A DNA stretch of 64,000 nucleotides, from assembly GCA_964016885.1 (NCBI GenBank), contig OZ024743.1:181970001-182034000 (forward strand), read 5' to 3'. Origin of the DNA: Eledone cirrhosa (taxonomy: Eukaryota). A model generated the notes under the pieces. It made no database searches. It saw only the letters and a program-made list of their open reading frames with translations, and had not been told where the DNA came from. Shown here piece after piece: positions 52,528 to 64,000 of the stretch (position 1 is its first letter; every line of letters begins with the position of its first letter). The translations under genes and the position numbers were made by a program.

Positions 52528-52852
52528 ATGGTACTCCGTCGGTTACGACGATGAGTGTTCCAGTTGATCCGATCAACGAAACAGCCTGCTCGTGAAATTA
52601 ACATGCAAGTGGCTGAGCATTCCACAGACACGCGTACCCTTAACATAATTCTCAGGGAGATTCAGTGAGACACAGAATGTGACAAGGTTGACCCTTCGAA
52701 TTACAGGTAAAACTCATTTTTGCCAGCTGAGCTGACTGGAGCAACGTGAAATAAAGTGTCTTGCTCAAGGACACAACGCATCCCTGAGAATCGAACTCAC
52801 AACCTTACAACTGTGAGCCGAATATCCTAACCACAAAGCCACGTGTCTTCAC
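52528..52852 (-). mobile_element. Full-length SINE family A copy with (TATG)n tail
   Basis: tRNA head (GTGGCTTTGTGG...GAGTTCGATTC), TGTGTCCTTGAGCAAGACACTT core, tail at 52488-52527. Confidence 0.85.
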
Positions 52853-52943
52853 ATACATACATACACATGCTAAAGAAAATGTAATTTATATTCCAATCTA
52901 TATTTAGAAAGTTTTATTTACGGCAACTTATGAGAGCGTTTTG

Positions 52944-53060
<117 letters not shown>

Positions 53061-53208
53061 GTGTGTGTGTGTGTGTGCATGTATATATTATTTCCTGTAA
53101 TCAGTGTTACTTGATCATATGTATGTATGTTTATATGTATGTATATATGTATGTACATATATTTGTATATATGTATGTATGCATATATACACACTCGCGT
53201 GCGCGCAC

Positions 53209-53272
<64 letters not shown>

Positions 53273-53624
53273 TAGACTTTATCGCTATTTTAGTAAATTT
53301 ATTGCTCACCTTTACAAGATTTACATTCAATGATAAAGAAGAAAAGCCTATACGGTACACCTGTGGCCTATATAGACTAATCTTAATGACATTCGGAGTA
53401 ACAACAACAACAACAACAGTAATACAGCAGCAACAATCAAAACAACAGTAACAACAACAACAGTAATACAGCAACAATAAAAAAAAACTAACAACAACAA
53501 TAGCAACAAGAACAACAGTAACAACAACAGTATGAACAACAATAGTAACTGCAACAACAGTAACAACAACAACAGTATCAATAACAATAGTAACAACAAC
53601 AATAATAACGATTTCTAACTTAAA

Positions 53625-53695
<71 letters not shown>

Positions 53696-54619
53696 TACAC
53701 ACACACACACACATATACACCCTCTCCAGGTTTGAATACAGCAGATTTCTTCCGGAGAGGGACAGACAGTGAGAGAATGGAAGTGAGAAAAAGATATAGA
53801 AGAATCAACCCCAGTATTTGACTGGTATTTGTTATCGACCTTGAAAGGATGAAAGGCAAAGTTGACCTCGACGGGATTTGAACTCAGAGAGCAAATACTG
53901 CAAAGTTTTCTATCCGACGTTCTAATGAATCTACCAATTCATCGTCTATATTCCAATTTAGGCAGAATTTCAGCTATTTCGCATGAGGGGAAATTAGATT
54001 ACATCGACCCCAGTATTTGACTGGTAATTTATTTATCGACCCTGGCAGGATTGGAAATCAGAATGTAAATAACAAGGCCAGTTATTTGGGAAGAAGGCTT
54101 AGTCGATTATTAAATTAAGCCCAGTACTTGACTGGTGCCATATTTTATCAACCCTGTAAGAATGAAAGACAAAGCTAGCCTCGGCGGCATTTGAACTCAA
54201 AACGTAAACGGCCATAACTCTATGCTACAAAGCATGTTGCCCGACGCTCCACCGATTACATGCCAATCCACAGTCCTGCCTGAGACAAATAATAAGAGTA
54301 AGAATGCTAATGAGTTACCTAGACTACGACAACCACCACAACCACATGTCAAAGTTAACCTGTGTATGAGTTGAACTCAGAAAGCAAAGAGCCGGAACAA
54401 ATACCGCAAGGCATTTTGTCTGACATTTTGACGATTCTTCCAATCCAATATGTTCTAGATTACAACTGGGGTCACAGTGATTACCAGTGCCATGAAATGT
54501 TGCTATCGACACATCTTAGTAGAATGGTTAAGAGGTTGGCTTTGAAATATTATCCCGAGCTCGATCCCACTGTGTGGCATCTTCCAGAAAAATCAAAATA
54601 TCTTTCTTCGGAGCATCTG

Positions 54620-56095
54620 TTGAGTCAGTGTTGTTGTGTGGATCAAGTACATAGATCTTGACACAAGCACTTGAGTCAGTGTTGTTGTATAGATCAGGTA
54701 CATAGACACTGACACAAGCACTTGAGTCAGTGTTATTGTATGGATCAGGTACATAGACCCTGACACAAGCACTTGAGTCAGTGTTGTTCTATGGATCAGG
54801 GACATAGACCCTGACACAAGCACTTGAGTCAGTGTTGTTGTATGGATCAGGGATATAGACCCTGACACAAGCACTTGAGTCAGTGTTATTGTATGGATCA
54901 GGGACATAGACCCTGACACAAGCACTTGAGTCAGTGTTGTTGTATGGATCAGGGATATAGACCCTGACACAAGCACTTGAGTTAGTGTTATTGTATGGAT
55001 CAGGTACATAGATCCTGACACAAGCACTTGAGTCAGTGTTGTTGTATGGATCAGGGATATAGACCCTGACACAAGCACTTGAGTCAGTGTTGTTGTATGG
55101 ATCAGGGACATAGACCCTGACACAAGCACTTGAGTCAGTGTTGTTGTATGGATCAGGGATATAGACCCTGACACAAGCACTTGAGTCAGTGTTATTGTAT
55201 GGATCAGGGACATAGACCCCGACACAAGCACTTGAGTCAGTGTTGTTGTATGGATCAGGGATATAGACCCTGACACAAGCACTTGAGTCAGTGTTATTGT
55301 ATGGATCAGGTACATAGACCCTGACACAAGCACTTGAGTCAGTGTTGTTGTATGGATCAGGGACATAGACCCTGACACAAGCACTTGAGTCAGTGTTGTT
55401 GTATGGATCAGGGATATAGACCCTGACACAAGCACTTGAGTCAGTGTTATTGTATGGATCAGGGACATAGACCCTGACACAAGCACTTGAGTCAGTGTTG
55501 TTGTATGGATCAGGGATATAGACCCTGACACAAGCACTTGAGTTAGTGTTATTGTATGGATCAGGTACATAGATCCTGACACAAGCACTTGAGTCAGTGT
55601 TGTTGTATGGATCAGGGATATAGACCCTGACACAAGCACTTGAGTCAGTGTTGTTGTATGGATCAGGGACATAGACCCTGACACAAGCACTTGAGTCAGT
55701 GTTGTTGTATGGATCAGGGATATAGACCCTGACACAAGCACTTGAGTCAGTGTTATTGTATGGATCAGGGACATAGACCCCGACACAAGCACTTGAGTCA
55801 GTGTTGTTGTATGGATCAGGGATATAGACCCTGACACAAGCACTTGAGTCAGTGTTATTGTATGGATCAGGTACATAGACCCTGACACAAGCACTTGAGT
55901 CAGTGTTGTTGTATGGATCAGGGACATAGACCCTGACACAAGCACTTGAGCCAGTGTTGTTGTATGGATCAGAAACATTGACCCTGTTACAAGTACTTGA
56001 GTCAGTGTTGTATGGATCAGGTATATGGACACTGTTACAAGCACTTGAGTCAGTGTTGTGTGGATCAGGGTCCCTGATTGAAGCACTTGAACCAG
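54620..56095. repeat. 51-bp minisatellite, ~29 units, with a 561-bp higher-order duplication
   Basis: Unit CTTGAGTCAGTGTTGTTGTATGGATCAGGGACATAGACCCTGACACAAGCA; diagnostic variants recur 561 bp (11 units) apart. Confidence 0.97.
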
Positions 56096-56250
56096 AGTTC
56101 GTGTATGGTAGGGAGATAGTCCTAGGGCCAAGGATACCAGAAGTCTCCACTGCTACGGGTTCGACCGCAAATCTGTCGGAGAGCGATCGATATTTGGAGA
56201 GTCTACCTTCCTCGGCCTGAAGTGCAGCAGAGCCTGGATTAGTCATAGAC
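56095..56250 (-). mobile_element. CRE-like RLE C-terminal fragment abutting the 51-bp array
   Basis: TNPGSAALQAEEGRLSKYRSLSDRFAVEPVAVETSGILGPRT. Confidence 0.65.
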
Positions 56251-56669
56251 TGCCTCTTAACATTGCCCTAAATATTGGGTGTCATGGATATCTTGGGTGT
56301 CATTGATATCTTGGGTGTCGACCCCCGGCAGTGAGTGGAATTTGGTAGACGGAAACTATTTGGAAGCCTTATCACATGAACTGTACCTATAATTCAAAAG
56401 GTCAGTCTTGTCACACACTGTCACACTGAATCTCCCTGAGAATTATGCTGAAGATACACTTGTCTGTGGAATACTCAGCCACTTACACATTAATTTCATG
56501 AGCAAGCTGTTCTGTTGATCAAACAACTGGAACACTCATCGTCGAAACCGACTGAGGTCCATTCTTATTCAGCTTTAGACAAGATAGTTTTCATACTACG
56601 ACACGTTTCGTCAGAGTTGGGAAGACTTTAATCTCAGAGCATCTCATCCAAGACCGGCCTAGGGCTAAA

Positions 56670-59600
56670 ACATAACAATAACTACAGTAGTAGCAACAAC
56701 AGTAACAATAACAAAAACAACCACAGCAGCTACAACAACAACTACAACAACACTAACAACACCACCATCAACAACAGTAACAACTACAACAGCAACAACA
56801 ACTACAACTACAACAGCTACAACAACACAAACATTAACAACACCAACGACAACAACAACAGCAGCAACAACAACTACAACAACTACAACAACAACACCAA
56901 CAACAACAACAGCAGCAATAACAACAACAACAATAACAGCAACAACAGCTACTACAACTACAACTACAACAACACCAACAACACAACCATCAACAACAAC
57001 AACAACAGCTACTACAACTACAACTACAACACCAACACCACCATCAACAACAACACCAGCTACTACAACTACAACTACAACACCAACAACACCACCATCA
57101 ACAACAACACCAGCTACTACAACTACAACACCAACACCACCATCAACAACAACACCAGCTACTACAACTGCAACAACAACACCAACACCACCATCAACAA
57201 CAACACCAGCTACTACAACTACAACTACAACACCAACACCACCATCAACAACAACACCAGCTACTACAACTACAACTACAACACCAACACCACCACCATC
57301 AACAACAACACCAGCTACTACAACTACAACTACAACTACAACACCAACACCACCATCAACAACAACACCAGCTACTACAACTACAACTACAACTACAACA
57401 CCAACACCACCATCAACAACAACACCAGCTACTACAACTACAACTACAACACCAACAACACCACCATCAACAACAACACCAGCTACTACAACTACAACAC
57501 CAACAACACCACCATCAACAACAACAACAACAGCTACTACAACTACAACTACAACACCAACAACACCACCATCACAACACCAGCTACTACAACTACAACT
57601 ACAACTACAACTACAACACCAACAACACCAACAACACCACCATCAACAACAACACCAGCTACTACAACTACAACTACAACACCAACAACACCACCACCAA
57701 CAACAACAACAGCTACTACAACTACAACTACAACACCAACAACACCACCATCAACAACAACAACAGCTACTACAACTACAACTACAACAACACCAACACC
57801 ACCATCAACAACAACACCAGCTACTACAACTACAACTACAACTACAACAACACCAACACCACCATCAACAACAACACCAGCTACTACAACTACAACTACA
57901 ACAACACCAACACCACCATCAACAACAACACCAGCTACTACAACTACAACTACAACACCAACAACACCACCATCAACAACAACACCAGCTACTACAACTA
58001 CAACTACAACAACACCAACACCACCATCAACAACAACACCAGCTACTACAACTACAACTACAACAACACCAACACCACCATCAACAACAACAACAGCTAC
58101 TACAACTACAACTACAACTACAACACCAACAACACCACCATCAACAACAACACCAGCTACTACAACTACAACTACAACTACAACACCAACAACACCACCA
58201 TCAACAACAACACCAGCTACTACAACTCAACTACAACTACAACAACACCAACAACTCCATCAACAACAACAACAGCTACTACAACTACAACTACAACACC
58301 AACAACACCACCATCAACAACAACACCAGCTACTACAACTACAACTACAACTACAACAACACCAACACCACCATCAACAACAACACCAGCTACTACAACT
58401 ACAACTACAACTACAACAACAACACCACCATCAACAACAACACCTAGCTACTACAACTACAACTACAACACCAACAACACCACCATCAACAACAACACCA
58501 GCTACTACAACTACAACTACAACTACAACAACACCAACACCACCATCAACAACAACACCAGCTACTACAACTACAACTACAACACCAACACCACCATCAA
58601 CAACAACACCAGCTACTACAACTACAACTACAACAACACCAACACCACCACCAACAACAACAACAGCTACTACAACTACAACTACAACACCAACAACACC
58701 ACCATCAACAACAACACCAGCTACTACAACTACAACTACAACAACACCAACACCACCATCAACAACAACACCAGCTACTACAACTACAACACCAACAACA
58801 CCACCATCAACAACAACACCAGCTACTACAACTACAACTACAACAACACCAACACCACCATCAACAACAACACCAGCTACTACAACTACAACTACAACAA
58901 CACCAACACCACCATCAACAACAACACCAGCTACTACAACTACAACTACTACAACACCAACACCACCATCAACAACAACAACAGCTACTACAACTACAAC
59001 TACAACTACAACACCAACAACACCACCATCAACAACAACACCAGCTACTACAACTACTACAACACCAACACCACCATCAACAACAACACCAGCTACTACA
59101 ACTACAACTACAACAACACCAACAACTCCATCAACAACAACAACAGCTACTACAACTACAACTACAACAACACCAACACCACCATCAACAACAACACCAG
59201 CTACTACAACTACAACTACAACACCAACAACTCCATCAACAACAACAACAGCTACTACAACTACAACACCAACAACACCACCATCAACAACAACACCAGC
59301 TACTACAACTACAACTACAACAACACCAACACCACCATCAACAACAACACCAGCTACTACAACTACAACTACAACACCAACAACTCCATCAACAACAACA
59401 ACAGCTACTACAACTACAACTACAACACCAACAACACCACCATCAACAACAACACCAGCTACTACAACTACTACAACACCAACACCACCATCAACAACAA
59501 CACCAGCTACTACAACTACAACTACAACAACACCAACAACTCCATCAACAACAACAACAGCTACTACAACTACAACTACAACAACACCAACACCACCATC

Positions 59601-62600
59601 AACAACAACACCAGCTACTACAACTACAACTACAACACCAACAACTCCATCAACAACAACAACAGCTACTACAACTACAACTACAACACCAACAACACCA
59701 CCATCAACAACAACACCAGCTACTACAACTACAACTACAACAACACCAACACCACCATCAACAACAACACCAGCTACTACAACTACAACTACTACAACAC
59801 CAACACCACCATCAACAACAACACCAGCTACTACAACTACAACTACAACAACACCAACACCACCATCAACAACAACACCAGCTACTACAACTACAACAAC
59901 AACACCAACACCACCATCAACAACAACACCAGCTACTACAACTACAACTACAACTACAACACCAACACCACCATCAACAACAACACCAGCTACTACAACT
60001 ACAACTACAACTACAACACCACCAACACCACCATCAACAACAACAACAGCTACTACAACTACAACTACAACACCAACAACACCACCATCAACAACAACAC
60101 CAGCTACTACAACTACAACTACAACAACACCAACACCACCATTAACAACAACAACAGCTACTACAACTACAACTACAACACCAACAACACCACCATCAAC
60201 AACAACACCAGCTACTACAACTACAACTACAACAACACCAACACCACCATCAACAACAACACCAGCTACTACAACTACAACTACAACAACACCAACAACA
60301 CCACCATCAACAACAACAACAGCTACTACAACTACAACTATAACTACAACACCAACAACACCACCATCAACAACAACACCAGCTACTACAACTACAACTA
60401 CTACAACACCAACACCACCACCAACAACAACACCAGCTACTACAACTACAACTACTACAACACCAACACCACCATCAACAACAACAACAGCTACTACAAC
60501 TACAACTACAACAACACCAACAACACCACCATCAACAACAACAACAGCTACTACAACTACAACTATAACTACAACACCAACAACACCACCATCAACAACA
60601 ACACCAGCTACTACAACTACAACTACTACAACACCAACACCACCATCAACAACAACACCAGCTACTACAACTACAACTACAACAACACCAACAACACCAC
60701 CATCAACAACAACAACAGCTACTACAACTACAACTATAACTACAACACCAACAACACCACCATCAACAACAACACCAGCTACTACAACTACAACTACTAC
60801 AACACCAACACCACCATCAACAACAACACCAGCTACTACAACTACAACTACAACTACAACAACACCAACAACTCCATCAACAACAACAACAGCTACTACA
60901 ACTACAACTACAACACCAACAACACCACCATCAACAACAACACCAGCTACTACAACTACAACTACAACTACAACAACACCAACACCACCATCAACAACAA
61001 CACCAGCTACTACAACTAAAACTACAACACCAACACCACCATCAACAACAACACCAGCTACTACAACTACAACTACAACTACAACAACACCAACAACACC
61101 ACCATCAACAACAACAATAGCTACTACAACTACAACTACAACACCAACAACACCACCATCAACAACAACACCAGCTACTACAACTACAACTACAACTACA
61201 ACAACACCAACACCACCATCAACAACAACACCAGCTACTACAACTACAACTACTACAACACCAACACCACCATCAACAACAACAACAGCTACTACAACTA
61301 CAACACCAACAACACCAACACCACCATCAACAACAACACCAGCTACTACAACTACAACTACAACACCAACACCACCATCAACAACAACACCAGCTACTAC
61401 AACTACAACTACAACTACAACACCAACACCACCATCAACAACAACACCAGCTACTACAACTACAACTACAACACCAACACCACCATCAACAACAACACCA
61501 GCTACTACAACTACAACTACAACACCAACACCACCATCAACAACAACACCAGCTACTACAACTACAACTACAACTACAACAACACCACCATCAACAACAA
61601 CACCAGCTACTACAACTACAACTACAACACCAACACCACCATCAACAACAACACCAGCTACTACAACTACAACTACAACACCAACACCACCACCATCAAC
61701 AACAACACCAGCTACTACAACTACAACTACAACAACACCAACACCACCATCAACAACAACACCAGCTACTACAACTACAACTACAACAACACCAACACCA
61801 CCATCAACAACAACACCAGCTACTACAACTACAACTACAACTACAACACCAACAACACCACCATCAACAACAACACCAGCTACTACAACTACAACTACAA
61901 CACCAACACCACCATCAACAACAACACCAGCTACTACAACTACAACTACAACACCAACAACACCACCATCAACAACAACAACAGCTACTACAACTACAAC
62001 TACAACAACACCACCATCAACAACAACACCAGCTACTACAACTACAACAACACCAACACCACCATCAACAACAACAACAGCTACTACAACTACAACTACA
62101 ACACCAACAACACCACCATCAACAACAACACCAGCTACTACAACTACAACTACAACTACAACAACACCAACACCACCATCAACAACAACACCAGCTACTA
62201 CAACTACAACTACAACAACACCAACACCACCATCAACAACAACACCAGCTACTACAACTACAACTACAACAACACCAACACCACCATCAACAACAACACC
62301 AGCTACTACAACTACAACTACAACACCAACACCACCACCATCAACAACAACACCAGCTACTACAACTACAACTACAACAACACCAACACCACCATCAACA
62401 ACAACACCAGCTACTACAACTACAACTACAACAACACCAACAACACCACCATCAACAACAACAACAGCTACTACAACTACAACTACAACTACAACACCAA
62501 CAACACCACCATCAACAACAACACCAGCTACTACAACTACAACTACAACTACAACACCAACAACACCACCATCAACAACAACACCAGCTACTACAACTAC

Positions 62601-63975
62601 AACTACAACAACAACACCACCATCAACAACAACACCAGCTACTACAACTACAACTACAACTACAACAACACCATCAACAACAACACCAGCTACTACAACT
62701 ACAACTACAACAACACCAACACCACCATCAACAACAACACCAGCTACTACAACTACAACTACTACAACACCAACACCACCATTAACAACAACAACAGCTA
62801 CTACAACTGCAACAACAACACCAACACCACCATCAACAACAACACCAGCTACTACAACTACAACTACAACACCAACACCACCATCAACAACAACACCAGC
62901 TACTACAACTACAACTACAACACCAACAACACCACCATCAACAACAACAACAGCTACTACAACTACAACTGCAACAACACCAACACCACCATCAACAACA
63001 ACACCAGCTACTACAACTACAACTACAACACCAACACCACCACCATCAACAACAACACCAGCTACTACAACTACAACTACAACACCAACACCACCATCAA
63101 CAACAACACCAGCTACTACAACTACAACTACAACACCAACACCACCACCATCAACAACAACACCAGCTACTACAACTACAACTACAACACCAACACCACC
63201 ACCATCAACAACAACACCAGCTACTACAACTACAACTACAACACCAACACCACCATCAACAACAACACCAGCTACTACAACTACAACTACAACAACACCA
63301 ACACCACCATCAACAACAACAACACCAGCTACTACAACTACAACTACAACAACACCAACACCACCATCAACAACAACACCAGCTACTACAACTACAACTA
63401 CAACACCAACACCACCATCAACAACAACACCAGCTACTACAACTACAACTACAACTACAACACCACCAACACCACCATCAACAACAACAACAGCTACTAC
63501 AACTACAACACCAACAACACCAACAACACCAACAACACCAACAACACCACCATCAACAACAACACCAGCTACTACAACTACAACTACAACTACAACTACA
63601 ATACCAACACCACCATCAACAACAACACCAGCTACTACAACTACAACTACAACTACAACTACAACACCAACACCACCATCAACAACAACACCAGCTACTA
63701 CAACTACAACTACAACTACAACTACAACACCAACACCACCATCAACAACAACACCAGCTACTACAACTACAACTACAACACCAACAACACCACCATCAAC
63801 AACAACACCAGCTACTACAACTACAACTACAACAACACCAACACCACCATCAACAACAACAACACCAGCTACTACAACTACAACTACAACAACACCAACA
63901 CCACCATCAACAACAACACCAGCTACTACAACTACAACTACAACACCAACAACAACAATAACAACAACATTACCT
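56670..63975 (+). repeat. 7.3-kb triplet-structured tandem array encoding Thr/Pro/Ser mucin-like repeats (possible exon)
   Basis: Units of ~45-63 bp reading TTTPATTTTTTTPTPPS; length variation is in whole codons except at three sites; the frame continues as TLPSNNYSGLL to the window end. Confidence 0.9.
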
Positions 63976-64000
63976 TCTAACAATTATTCTGGTCTTTTAC

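Noticed and set aside
54593-56131. 512-aa repeat ORF (LIHTTTLTQVLVSGS)
   Set aside because: It is an alternative frame of the 51-bp satellite, open because the unit has no stop in that frame.
58431-63983. 1850-aa Val/Gly ORF on the - strand
   Set aside because: It is the antisense reading of the Thr-rich triplet array; the composition is implausible for a protein.

Overview
AT-rich, repeat-dominated eukaryotic DNA. The SINE, RTE and microsatellite content resembles a cephalopod (octopus-like) genome, which is an inference. I could not identify any host gene with confidence. The window contains: (1) Penelope-like elements (PLEs) of three apparent clades: a near-intact Naiad-like copy (uninterrupted 1050-aa RT + GIY-YIG ORF, ~880-bp inverted pLTRs, 41710-46210), a decayed Neptune-like copy (6874-10630) and a Nematis-like 3' fragment (10971-12545); (2) many short pLTR or fold-back units embedded in (TA)n; (3) RTE LINEs, one with tandem C-terminal C2H2 fingers, plus internally deleted derivatives; (4) Dong/R4-like and CRE-like RLE fragments, a deleted mariner, pogo-type MITEs and two tRNA-SINE families; (5) 51-bp and 55-bp minisatellites and a 7.3-kb Thr/Pro-rich mucin-like array running off the window end. 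The strongest signal is about 25 type-I hammerhead ribozyme (HHR) motifs from about 15 sequence families, all read by eye. Three unrelated families carry a compensatory U3-A8 core. Four families carry greatly extended or branched stem II. The inverted elements follow a recurring rule in which only the arm antisense to the body carries an extra 3' tail. One HHR-less element has the same PLE architecture but carries a complete tRNA cloverleaf with a Pol III terminator, making it a candidate PLE-mobilised tRNA element. All structures were derived manually and none was computed.
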